DNA of 64,000 bases, taken from assembly GCA_051294375.1 (NCBI GenBank), contig CM119271.1, positions 16,216,435-16,280,434 of the forward strand. Direction: 5' to 3'. Below, piece after piece: positions 38,899 to 51,955 of this stretch (its first letter is position 1; every line of letters starts with the position of its first letter). The notes under the pieces were generated by a model. It was not told the origin of the DNA. It searched no databases and saw only the letters and a program-made list of their open reading frames with translations. The position numbers were made by a program, and so were the translations under genes. Origin of the DNA: Paraspadella gotoi (lineage: Eukaryota; Animalia; Chaetognatha).

Positions 38899-39986
38899 TA
38901 TTACCGCCCGTACTATCTTGGCGGTCAATACAATGACAATGTTAAAACAATAAACAATGCGTCTAAATATTAATTTAAATAATTAATGATATAAAATAAA
39001 CTGATATACTTAATATTTTAAGTAATAATATACTGATAATAATTGATTAAACAATTTTAACCTTATTTAACCTTACTACACTAGGGGACTAGAAAAAAGC
39101 AAAAGGAGTTTTTCCGCGAGGCCCTTTCCAACGAGCGACCAATCGTTGAGGCCCTGTACAACCTCGGACTGTCAACAGAAAACTGGGCTCTGCTTAGGAA
39201 AAGCCTGCGACGGGTTCCTACAAGCTGCACTTCGATCCTTGGCGCGGATCAGCATCCGTGATCAGAACCAGATTGCTGAGATTTTACGAAGCGATGGAGA
39301 GTCGGCGCAATCCACTGAATGGCATCTACAAAATTGCTTGGGTTATTCATAATTATTATTATTTATTATTAATATTGTTATTATAATTATTTCTTATATT
39401 ATTTTCCACATAAGAGGAGCATTTTATATTTTTGTTGAATCTAATAATAATTAATCCATTTTCATGTTACATTTATTTGAAAAAAATTATGAGTCATGAT
39501 GCGCTTCAGATAATAATAATATCATTAAAATTAAAAACCAATATTAAATATCTAATTTTAACTCCCCTGTTGCATCCCTTTCGCGCCCGACGTTTGGGGC
39601 CTATCCCCCTCCCGGCCCCGCCCCCTTTTCACCTTTTTATCTCTTTCCCCTTCCTCTTGATCCCTAACTTTAAGGCATCGTCCCCACAGACCCAGGCGGA
39701 CTTAAACGTCTCGGAAGAAATTCTATGAAGACATCGGAGGATACAGACGAGCGCTTAATCAATTTATCACTTGGATCATTTTCCGTTATTTTCCTTCTAA
39801 CATTAAGACGATCGAATGCGCCTAGGTATTGGTTTTAATTTTTATTCTCTTTAATATATTTTCAAACCTTCAGTATGTAATGTAATATTAAATAATCGGA
39901 TAATTCATTTAATTAAACAAGCTATTTTGCCTCCTTTGGAGAGGCGTTTTTATAGAATCATGTATAACTTCACAAGCCATCCCCTT

Positions 39987-40056
<70 letters not shown>

Positions 40057-43000
40057 TTCCAGGCGCCTATTTCATAGAGTCTCAACTATGGGGAGAAAGC
40101 GATCTTCTTATTTCTCCCGCGCTAGCCACAGTTCAACCAAAATGACGAGAGATTGGCGTTTAATGGTGGCATCTTGGACCATCGACGCGGCTGGCAAATT
40201 TACCAGAAGCCTTCGAGACCTACAAAAGAAATCCACGCAAAGTTTCCGGACCAACGTGGAATTCCTCAAGTTTCTCGTCCGGATTTGCACGGACATGGGG
40301 ATGAAAGGAAGCCGAGGTGATTAGTCCGCTCTGCTTATTTGTGTATCCGCTAATTGTGTTATGTATTTTATAATGAAATGAGTACAACCATTTATGTTAG
40401 ACTTAAAATACTCCACACATTCATCAGTTGGCCATTTCGGGGCAGGAGGCAGTCATTCGCCTCCTATCCAAAGCTCCGAGGTTCTCCAGCCCCCTTGGCC
40501 GTGTATAGTGATATAGTTACAGCCCTGTGAAAAAAAAAAAAACTAGGACACTTTCTTAATATCTTTAAATTGGCTTTGAGCGTTTATGCATGTATTTAAA
40601 AATAATTTAAATGGTAAAATGTAGATTTCTAAAAAGAAGAATTCAAATGTTGCGATGTAAAAGAAAAATCTTATCCAGCCATTCAAGAGCTTGCACCAAT
40701 AATACAATTGAAACATTCTTTGAAATATTATACCAACTTATTGATTAGGGAAGCCAGGTATTCTGGGAGTGAATTCAACGAAGACTGTGAGAGAGTTCTT
40801 GATTGAAAGCTTGCAAGGGACCTGCTATGTCATTATCTTTGTAAGAGTGAAGGAGGCTTTAAAACCAAAAAGTCAGGGGCAAGATAGGCTTTTTATTAAA
40901 TAAATGGATAATTTTATATTGCGTTTACCAATTTCATAAATAAGTTATCAAAAACTAAATAGGAAAACAATACTTTGACGCTTTGGCCAAAAAACCAAGC
41001 ATAGCATTTCCCTTTAATTTTCTGGGGTTGTAATTCATGTTCCATAAAAAATTTGAATTGGAAATGTAAATTTTAAAAGAGGAAATCCTTTCAAAAGTTT
41101 AAAAATGCTTTATATTAAATGTTTTAGGGAAGGGGTGGGTAGTAGTACTGGTGTTCTTTTTTTTCACAGGGACTGCTTAAATTCTGTTCATTGTCACCCT
41201 ATTCATATTTTACCTAACATTCACTCTCTCTCTCTCTCCTCTCTCCTCTCCTTCTCTCTCAGGACTACGCGGTGAAGCTGAAAAAGCGGAAAAACAAAGA
41301 GAACAAACTGAAGGCGAAACAACAGAGCGAGAGGGACGATCTGGTGGAAAAACCAGAGGTGGATGTGGAAGAGGGATGTGGCAAAAGAAAGGTGGAAGAG
41401 GGGATGTGGAAAGGAGGGAAATGGAAAAAGGATGGAATGTGGGAAGAGGCGATGTTGGAAAAGGCAAAGGGAATTGTGGATTAGGAATGTGGAAAAGGAA
41501 GGTGGGATGGAAAGAGGGATATGGAATAGGAACGTGGATGTGAAGAATATGTGTAAAACGGAAAGTTGGGATTTGGAAGATGGATTGGAAATGGACGGTG
41601 GTTTGGTGAAGTAGGGATGATGAAAAAGGAAGTGAGTGTTGGAAGAGCGGATTGTGGCAATGTGAAGAGGGATGTGGAATAGAAGGAGGTTTAATGTGGA
41701 AAATGAAAAGGAAAATTAAAAAGGGAGCTTACTCCAGGATGAGTGAGTGTAGGAAAGGGTGATTGGGAAAAGAGATTAATAAAATATTGTTTTTCATTAG
41801 ATTAAAAAAATTACTTTCGCCCGAGTTTTCTCAAAATTTGTCATTCATTCTTGTTAGGAAGTCATTTATAAAGAAATTAATATATTATGATATATTATAT
41901 ATATTTACATATATATTTTGATGCTTCAGGTTCAAGAGACCGAAAAAATCTCTGGCGGAGATTTGTCGTTTCGAAATCTTATTGGATTTTTGATGAATCT
42001 AAAAATAACGGTGAGATGAGAGAAGAGAGAGAGAGAGGAGAGAGAGAGAAGAGGAGAGAGAGGAGGAGAGAGAGAGAGAGAGAGAGAGACAGAGATATTG
42101 ACTATTTGCTCACACACTTTTCTGTTAACAGCATGATCTCTTTAGGCGGGCCGGCGGCGGCTGGCGCGTCTCCTCCTTCTTACTCTGATCCCTGTTAGGA
42201 GCGGCGTCACGGCGCTCGATCCAAACCGGCTCGCGACCGAAATTCGTCGATGAGGGATGGATTCGGAGATTGATGGATTTGCCGGGATGATCTTTTGCCG
42301 GAGTAGAAGTTAATGTAGTTTATAATTAATTTGTGTTATAAATTCACCAAATAATTTTGTAATTTATTAGATTATAGATTTTTTAGGATTTTAAATTGTT
42401 TTATAATTGAGGCCTTTGATAATAAATTATATTTCTACAGGACATTCAGTTTTGATGTTTACTGTTTTAATTTTATTTAGGGTTTAGCATGTTTAGCATG
42501 TTTATTATAACTCATGAGAGCATCTTTGTAATTCCCTTTATTTCCGTTTGTAGTTTTATTTTACATTATTTTACATTAATCATTAAAACATAATAAAAAA
42601 TGATTATTGTTTTCTGACTTGCGCTTTGCCTTCATCATGAAAAATACATGTAGCTATTTTTAATTTGCCAATGGACAGAGTGATTGATAAACGTAAAATG
42701 ATAAACGTAGATCACTTTTCTAAAATAGTTAATGCTAGTTGTCTTTCTCATCGAATTCTTCAAAATAAAGACGTTTATTTAGAGATAGAAAAGAGGTAGC
42801 CAGCTGTTTTAGCAATTATGGTTGTGGGAATTTTATTTCATTATCAAGAATGATTCCAGTAGCAAACATCAGCACAAACTAAACTCAAACAAATAACAAT
42901 ATAAATTAGAGGTTAACGTGAGATCATTCTATATCTTACATAGCGTAAACGTTTACCAAAAAATATCACATGTTTACTAAAGCAATGTTTATATTTAATT

Positions 43001-44850
43001 CTTAACATATTTGAACGAGGGAAAAAAGGAAGGATTTTTATTTCAAGTTTCAAGTCCAAACGCTCCTTAGATGCGTGCGGTTTCGAATGCCTTCTTCTCC
43101 TCCCGCTCCTACTTCGAATTGCCTCTCCTCTCCCGCATTCCTCAGAGCAAGCTCCTCCTATCTCTTCCTCCCACTCCTACTTCGCTTGCTCTCCTCTCCT
43201 CATCCCTTCAGGAGCAAAGGCCCTACCTTTCTTTTCTGGTTCTTTATTGCATTTGTCCCTTGCTCCTCCTATGTCGATCGTTTTTTGTCCGAGCCGAGCG
43301 TTTGCTGTTTGTAATGTTGTCGTCGATGATAGAAATGGAAAAAGAATGTATCGGCCTTTTCTGCACTATTTTTATTTGATCGAGAGATTACGGAATGGAA
43401 TTTGAAGCTAAAACGGTTTAGTATATAATTGGATATTTTTTTTTCATGCATAATTTTTACTGCTTTAGCTACAGTATTAACTATTTTTTTTCATTTTTTT
43501 TTCTGAAAGAAAAAAGACAGACAGCAATTGTTAACACATTTGGATGAATATTGAATGATTAGAACGAATAAAGCGTAACATTAAAAATTAAGTTCAAAGA
43601 CAGAGGCAAAACAGTCACAATGAGAAAACTTAAACGGATTGATGGATGTGAAAAATGTATTTTGATGCCATTAAAAAATTTTAAATGGTCAAGTTCACGT
43701 CCCGGTTTGTAATTCAGGCTTTGCCTTTTGCCTTTGGAGAGCGACAGTAATGCGCGGGAAAAAGGAATTTACATTCCAGGAATTGTTCAATGTTACATTC
43801 CCCATCGACGGAGCGTATTTGGTGGGGCGATGGCCTTATATTTTCTTTACCCTTGTCAATTTCTTTTTTCCCTATTTCTAGATTAATCGAAAAACAAACG
43901 GAGATCGAAAATCTTCCTCGCTCAGCGGCGCATCTGAAAATATATTTCCAAGATATATCTTATTAGCGCTTTATTCGGCAAACTAAATTTTTGGCCTTTC
44001 CCCAAGGTTATCAGTGCCATTAGGTTTAATTAAAAGTTTAAAATCAAAATTTAGGAATTAATTCTTTGAAAACTTTATTTTTAGTAATACTGATCTATAT
44101 TTATTTTTGCTTTTTCAATTAATTGTCAAAAACATTAAAATCACTGTTTTTAATTCTGAAGACAGATTTTCAAATTCCTCATAAAAAGTTGTCAAAAAAA
44201 AAAAAAAATAAAAATCTAGGTCGTTAAGTGGTCAAATTGGCAAAGATATTATTTTTAGGCTGAAAATTAAAAAAAAAGGTTATTTTTAATGAAAAGAATT
44301 TTTAGAAAATAAGTGTTTATATGTATTGTGGGCAAAAATGGTTTTGTTCACAACGAATTAATTGACCTGAAATGCATGTGGTTAGGAAAGTGCTCGTGAT
44401 TCAAGCTGGAAATCAAGTTTTTGATTTGGAATCGAAAAATAAAATGTGGAAATGAGTTTAAATGAAAAAAACAAAAAACCTGTTTCCATAATTTATTATT
44501 GCCTTCTTTTTTTTTAATTAAATGTAAAATGCAAGATGTATAATTAATCAAATAATTAATCAGTTAATTAATCAATTAGTCAATTTAGTTTAATCAATTA
44601 TTAATTAATCAGTTCAATTAATCAATCAAAACAAACATTTGTGGTCGAGTTTAATTAATTAATTGACTGAATTAATTAATTAGATAAATTAATTAATTGA
44701 CATTTTATTAAAATTATTGACTAACTTAATTTAATTAACTTGAATTTAATTATTAATAATTAATTATTTAATACCGATAATTATCGTGGGTAGATCCGAC
44801 ATTGTTTGCTCAAACTTATTTTTGANNNNNNNNNNNNNNNNNNNNNNNNN

Positions 44851-44887
<37 letters not shown>

Positions 44888-45415
44888 CCGTTCATTAAAC
44901 CAGTTTTTTGTTACGACGTCTGAGTTTCCCTTTAGTTGAGGTTCAAATACATTTGATACTTATGTCAAATTATTTTAAGTCAATCTTTATGATTTTAATG
45001 TTACAGACGCTTACTCTAAAAATAAAATTATCTTTGAGGCTGAGATTTAGCAAAACATAAAAAAGGGAGTTTACTTATACAATGCCCGACTACAGTTTGT
45101 CGCAAAAGATTTTAAATTTTTCGCTCATTAGTTTTCTCGATCTGGAAATTTTAGTCACAAGGCAAGTAGAATTGATATGATTTTAAAGTAATTAATACAT
45201 TAATAGTTTAGTAAACAAGAATTTTTTTTAGTCGTTTGCAACAATGTTTTTTACCCATAAACTTACAGATATTTGGCAAGTTTTAACTGGTAAGTAAATT
45301 TGCATATTAATTATGCATATTAATAATTAGTTCTTTATCTCCACAATACTTTGTTAATACCCCGTGTCCGTTTGCGAGTGACACCCAAAAAATCTTTACT
45401 ATACTTTAAATATTT
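38899..45415 (+). other. Indel-riddled duplicate of ~31126-37740 (IFT88 3' exons, introns and downstream flank); probable assembly artefact
   Basis: Colinear with the first copy, including introns, the MITE and the minisatellite. Differences are mostly single-base indels, and N gaps lie at or near both ends. Confidence 0.8.
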
Positions 45416-46957
45416 NNNNNNNNNNNNNNNNNNNNNNNNNNNNNNNNNNNNNNNNNNNNNNNNNNNNNNNNNNNNNNNNNNNNNNNNNNNNNNNNNNNNN
45501 NNNNNNNNNNNNNNNNNNNNNNNNNNNNNNNNNNNNNNNNNNNNNNNNNNNNNNNNNNNNNNNNNNNNNNNNNNNNNNNNNNNNNNNNNNNNNNNNNNNN
45601 NNNNNNNNNNNNNNNNNNNNNNNNNNNNNNNNNNNNNNNNNNNNNNNNNNNNNNNNNNNNNNNNNNNNNNNNNNNNNNNNNNNNNNNNNNNNNNNNNNNN
45701 NNNNNNNNNNNNNNNNNNNNNNNNNNNNNNNNNNNNNNNNNNNNNNNNNNNNNNNNNNNNNNNNNNNNNNNNNNNNNNNNNNNNNNNNNNNNNNNNNNNN
45801 NNNNNNNNNNNNNNNNNNNNNNNNNNNNNNNNNNNNNNNNNNNNNNNNNNNNNNNNNNNNNNNNNNNNNNNNNNNNNNNNNNNNNNNNNNNNNNNNNNNN
45901 NNNNNNNNNNNNNNNNNNNNNNNNNNNNNNNNNNNNNNNNNNNNNNNNNNNNNNNNNNNNNNNNNNNNNNNNNNNNNNNNNNNNNNNNNNNNNNNNNNNN
46001 NNNNNNNNNNNNNNNNNNNNNNNNNNNNNNNNNNNNNNNNNNNNNNNNNNNNNNNNNNNNAACGTCAAGTACTTTGCTATAGAATGAGAAAAGAAAATTT
46101 TAAAAATATTTATCCAATGAGAAATGGTACGCAAACGAACACGCGGTATAAACGTTTTAAAAGTTTTAACGGTTTTTCTTTAGTTAATTTAGTAATTCGG
46201 CATATTTATTTCCTTTTTGAAAATTCTACGTAACATGTAGTATATGAACTCAAATCATTGAGAAGCAAAACATGTCAATCTCGAATCAATGAAAATTGAA
46301 TGTAAAAAGAAAATTAAAAAATATTAATAAAAAAAAGAAATAAAACATTAACTTAGTTAATCATTCATCATCAGATATATAACTCACCTACGATAAATTT
46401 GTAAATATTACAACTTAACAAATGATTTTAAATTTTTTTATTGCAAAGGTGTAAAATGAGAATCAATTAATTGTATACATCAAAGACCACGCAAAAACAG
46501 TCTTTCAAGTTTTAACAGTTTTCTTGTACTTATGTACTTTATAGAATTTTATAAGCATATTATACAAAAGGTCATTAGAATTAGCAACATGGACATTCTT
46601 TTTATAGTTCTTTATTTGTGCAAAGGTAAAATTGAAGCTGATACCCAGATAAAGAGAGACAAAGATAATGAAAGCCTTTTTTTTATTTACCTGTAGATTG
46701 GTTTGGTTTTTTTGGCCTTAAACTATTTGGTTTCATCAAAGCATAAATACAATAGTAAGTCACTTTTATAAATTGTCATTGAAAATCATCGCAATAGAGT
46801 CACCAATCATTATTTTTTTGTTCGAAGCAAGCTGTCCTTCTCTTCTTCCACTGACTTTTCCTCTTTTGATGAAAATTCATTGAAACTTAATATTATCCTA
46901 AAACCAACAAAACTCATATTTGCCTGAGTTTTGAATCAACTTTTCCTCAAGACCAAA

Positions 46958-49639
46958 ATGGCAGAAGCGGCTGACCCTTCAATTCTTTCCCAAGAAGTAT
47001 CAAGAGAGACCCCAGGGGAGGACGTCCCAAGATTATCAACCAGTGATGATCAAAATCCTCAGATAAGCGCTTTATCTGATTCATCCAATACAGAAACTGA
47101 TGAAACATTTACTGAGCCACAAATTCGTCTCATGCGAATGCAGTTATCACTCAGGTATTGTAGCCAAATGGCTCAAGTTTATGTGAGAAGTCAACTTGAA
47201 TCAGAAACAAATGTAGAATGGAATGAGGGAGAGTTGTGGAACAAATGGGCAACAAAAAACCTGGAGAAAATTAAAAAATGTAAATTTTTTGAGAAACTCG
47301 ATATGGAGNNNNNNNNNNNNNNNNNNNNNNNNNNNNNNNNNNNNNNNNNNNNNNNNNNNNNNNNNNNNNNNNNNNNNNNNNNNNNNNNNNNNNNNNNNNN
47401 NNNNNNNNNNNNNNNNNNNNNNNNNNNNNNNNNNNNNNNNNNNNNNNNNNNNNNNNNNNNNNNNNNNNNNNNNNNNNNNNNNNNNNNNNNNNNNNNNNNN
47501 NNNNNNNNNNNNNNNNNNNNNNNNNNNNNNNNNNNNNNNGAGAATTGAGAGATAAACATTCTCATTCAACAATCACAGGCATTGATCAATTCCATTTTGA
47601 CAATTATTTTGCTGAGCTGTTCAAGATCACAGATGATTTGTTTCAGAAAAGTAAAGACCTTGCAGAAGAATGGAAAAGAAAATTCAGTTGGCTGAAAAAC
47701 AATGACTTTAAACAGTTAGTTAAAGAAGAAAAACAGAGTTCGCTTAAACTGAATCAGATCAGAATTGTTAAGATTGCACTTCTCACCAAATCAACAAGTC
47801 TTTAGCNNNNNNNNNNNNNNNNNNNNNNNNNTTACCAAAATCTCTCAATTCTGATTTAAAAGATGAAGATTTTGATGTTGAAGACGAACAAGATATTGAT
47901 TATGAATCAACAGATGAAAGTGAACTGAATGTAGAAGATGAACTGTACACACCTTTAGACTATGATAGTATGCTAGACATAATTAAATCTTGCGTTATAG
48001 GGGAAAAAAAGGAGAGAATTTTGATCGCCGCTGGGGGAGGACGAGGAAAAACTCTCTCTTCAAAGAAAATGTTTGAATGGGCAAACGAATACCTTCAAGA
48101 ATATATGCTGTAATTAGAATAGATATGAAAGATGTTGATTGTAAAAAAACATTATTTGAAATATGCTACATCAATACTCCGGCTCCTCTCAGTTTCAAAA
48201 CGAGTTGATTGTCCTGCAGGAAATCATAAATCAGCAGCAAGCTAAAGTCTTATGGTTGATTGACAGTCTTGATGAAAGCAAAGATCAAACTGGCACAATG
48301 CGATTTATTAGAGAAAGTCAATCTTTCTATTCACAAAGCGCATTCATCTTTCTCACTCGACCTGAAGGCAAAGATATTTTGGATTTAGGAGATGAAGAAG
48401 TAATTGAGTTCAGAATCAAAGATTTAAATAAGGAAAAAGTAGAGGAATTAGTTAACAAGTTCCCTTTCACTAAAGATTCAAATGGAAAAAGAACACAAAT
48501 TATTAATGAATTTAGAGCAAGTAAGAATTTTTTTTCTTGGATAAAAATACCCTTATACACTGTAAGCTATTGTGCCTTAGTCGATGCGGGACTTTTAACC
48601 CAGAAAATTAAAACCATACTTGACATTCTGTTTGCAATTATTGCAATGGCCCTGAAGGAAGGAGAACTAAAATTGATTCAAAGTAAACTCAAATCAGATG
48701 ACATCGCAGAGGAAGAGTACAGAAAACAAAAGAAGGAGATAGATGAAGTAAACTCTGTGAAAGATATACTTCAGAGAAATGACCAACTGCTGTCTGCTCT
48801 TGGCAGAGCAGTATTTATTTGCAATGAATATTCACTCCATGGATTTGAGGACTTAAAAGAGAAAACCCTCATGTCTGCTCTTTCTTCTGCATCACTCTCT
48901 GATAATAACATTGAGTCTCTCTTGAGACTCAGCATTTTTGAGCAAATTCTTGATGAACAAGTGATGGGAAAAACATCAGTGTTTAAGTTCTATCATCGTA
49001 ACCTAAGAGAGTTGATTTTAGGTTATTATCTGACGAATACTCAAGAACCATTAGAAGACCCCACTAAAACTAGAAAGCTAACTGACTCTGTCATCTCTGC
49101 ATTTCGTTGCACCATCGCTATTTTACATACACAGAGAAAAGATGAAGAAACAGTTGAGAGGGTGCTAAAAAATGTGGTGAAACATGTCACAGGACTTGGC
49201 ACAGAAATAAATGACTGGAGATTAAGCCAAATAATTTGCGAACTGATGATGTTTGCAGTCATATCACCAGAATATCTTCAAATCATTGCTTACATTTTGA
49301 TGGAGATTTTTTCATTAATTGAAGACTCATCTCGTTTATCTCCACTCAAACAGATTAACCCAATTCCATTCTTGAGTCATCTTAGACTTCATATGGATAT
49401 TACACTTTGTAAAGATTGTAAAATTCCCAAAAGAATTAAATTAAATCTTGAAAAACTACAGTCGCTAGTCCTGGATCCTAATCATCTCAATTGGCCGGAC
49501 ATAAACATTTTCAAAATTGGACGAATGTTGATCAACACTGAAGATTTGTTGATTCTTGCGCTGACGGAAGAAGGAAATCATCATTTGACAGAAGAATCGC
49601 CAATCATCAAAATTAGGGCGCCAGTAAAAACAACAACAG
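46958..49639 (+). CDS. HEPN (DZIP3-like) + NACHT NTPase large exon of an NLR-like gene (contains gaps, an in-frame stop and small frameshifts)
   Basis: HEPN ELRDKHSH (47548-47565); Walker A RILIAAGGGRGKT (~48015-48053); Walker B KVLWLIDSLDE; sensor FIFLTRP; helical IPLY; winged-helix FKFYHRNLRELILGYYL. Confidence 0.82.
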
Positions 49640-49879
49640 GTGAAATCAATACAAAATTACAAGTGAGGAAGAAATAGAAAATGAAAAAAATTGTTATGTA
49701 TATTATTATATGTATGATACATAAATTTATGTACAAAGGAAAGAGGGTTGTAACTTTGGTGAATACGGCTGCATGATCACGTGACTGCACAAAGATAATA
49801 CATATACATATGAAAAGTCTTATGGTACCTTCCTAACAAATATAAACTTAATAGATGCCTCTAACTGAGGGACTCTGGG

Positions 49880-49944
49880 TCAGTCGGTAGAGCACAGGAC
49901 TCTTAATCCTGGGGTCGTGGGTTCGAGCCCCACATTGGGCGCCA
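49880..49944 (+). pseudogene. 5'-truncated tRNA-Lys(CTT) copy with genomic CCA, flanked by 22-bp direct repeats
   Basis: TCAGTCGGTAGAGCA-CAGGA CTCTTAA TCCTG-GGGTC-GTGGGTTCGAGCCCCAC-ATTGGGCG-CCA. The 5' acceptor strand is missing. Flanks are tctaactgagggact[c/t]tgggtc at 49860-49881 and 49946-49967. Confidence 0.88.
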
Positions 49945-50279
49945 TTCTAACTGAGGGACTTTGGGTCTAACTGGGTCACACGTCTATCAAAAACGGAAAA
50001 AGAATGGGAGGAGAATAAATGTATTTCACAACTGAGGTCTATACTCTATCCAAAAAAGTATATAAAAAGTCCAAAAGAAGGGAGAGAGAAAGAGATAGGG
50101 AGAGAAGAAATGATGGACTGAACCTAAACTTGAACGCGACCTCGAATCCCCGTGAGGAGGATGAGGATGAAAATGTTACTAATTTGATTAAATTGAATTT
50201 TTTTAAAACATGCCATTTGAACAAACGGGCCTTTAAATTAAGGTTTAATAGTTTGCTTTTCATTTCTTTTCTCCTTTAG

Positions 50280-51955
50280 ACCTCCCTGTCTCTATCTCTG
50301 TCCCTTCTCCTCTGCCCATGACTCTGATCCCCAATTCCTCCGCCTTGAGTCCCGAGGCCTCATTTCCCGGCGCCACAGATCTCATCGTGGTGAACCTCGA
50401 TGATCAGATTCACGTCTGGAGTGGAGAGGGAGAAGACCGTCGCCCCCTTTACCCCAAATTAGTGTGGCGACTCCATCCTCACTCAAACACTTGGTCCAAA
50501 GATGAGACCAAGGGCGACGTTCCGCCCGGGCTGGAGGGCGCGGCGGGACTCGTCGTCCTCGGTTTATTGTATTTCTTTGGTGGATTGGGTGGAGGGAGAC
50601 GAAGAAATGAGATCTACTCTTATCAAGGGTAAGGATTTATTACGATCAAGATTTATTTAATTTTAGGATTTAAACCAAAAATATTAAGTAAGATTTAACA
50701 TAATTTTTTTATTATTTTAATTAAGTAATTCCTTTATACCAAATATTTAAAAAAAAATAAAGACTAAAAAGTATTATCAGCTAATTTATTAAAATACTTT
50801 CCGCAATAAATAAATTTGCTTTTAAGGTTTAAAATTAATTCTAATATTAAATAGTTTGTCCCGACGTTTGAAGCGACTCTTGTGCAAAGGGCTGACGCCA
50901 AGTGGAAGGGCGTGGATGTGCTCATGGACAGACGGGAGAGACTGTTACTTCTTTGGCGGTTGGAGCGACGAACCGTCGGCGTTGAATCTCAAAGGCGGCG
51001 AAAGAGACTCCGACAACAACACTAACCAACTCGTCCGCTTCTCTCCATCGACGAAGCGATGGGCGGACATCGACACGAAGGGACCAAGACCAAAGCCGAG
51101 AAGGAGTGCGGGATGCACGGCGATTAAGGCGAAGGCTTACTTCTTGGGCGGATGGGATGGCAGGTGGATTTAATGGATTTGAGGTTAATTTTAGTTTTAA
51201 AAAAGTTTTAGGTTATATCTTAGAAAAATAATGTTTGTACATAATTATTTTTAAAAACTTATTTGCGATTATCATATCATATCTAATATCATAGCTAATA
51301 TTTATTTAAATTAGGTTATATTAAGTTGAAATAGTTTAATAGTTTTGACAGAATATTTTTAAGTTTTAAGCTAATTCAATTCTTTAAAGTTATTGGCTCG
51401 ACGACCTTTGGTGCTTCGACATGAAGTCTTCTTCTTGGACGGAAATCATTGTCATCTCAGCGGCGAAGCCTTTGCCTCGCTCCAGCATGAGTCTGACCGC
51501 CGTCAGTCAGCGTCAACTTTTTCTCGTCGGCGGCTTTAGAGGTATTGACTTAGTTCAAAATATATTATGGAAAATACCATGCTTTGAGTACATAAATATT
51601 TTTTAATATTTATTTATTTTTATGGTTTCTCGCCACATATATTTAAATTTTAATCTTATTAAAAATTTGTCAATAATATAATGGCTTAATTTAAGTTTAG
51701 TATTTTATTTGTCTGAAAGTATTAAAATATTGGAAGTTATTATGTGCATTCTCTTGATTAGTAATGGGTGACACTTGGCTCTTCGACCTGGAGACGAAAG
51801 AGTGGAGCCAAATGGATGAACTTCCAGCGCAGGAAGACGAAACCGGGATCTGGGCTCATGGAGCGACGCTCGTGGGTGGAAGCGTCTTCGTTGTTGGTGG
51901 AAAGCGAGGAGGGAGACGCTCTTCTCACGTCATAAAGATTCGAGTCTCGGACTAA
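50280..51955 (+). CDS. Kelch-repeat beta-propeller exons (50280-50628, 50855-51163, 51390-51541, 51762-51955), probably the C-terminus of the HEPN-NACHT gene
   Basis: LYFFGG, CYFFGGW, AYFLGGW, LFLVGG, VFVVGG kelch blades, with DLWCFD..W and P.PR motifs. All intron phases are consistent. Confidence 0.85.

Noticed and set aside
38899-45415. Tandem IFT88 paralogue or pseudogene
   Set aside because: Differences are dense single-base indels spread equally over exons and introns, with gaps nearby. This looks like an unpolished long-read gap fill rather than evolutionary decay.
45351-46134. Long ORFs in the track running through X residues
   Set aside because: Artefacts of translating N gaps
49880-49944. 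Functional tRNA-Lys gene
   Set aside because: The 5' acceptor strand and the start of the A box are replaced by flanking repeat, so the acceptor stem cannot form
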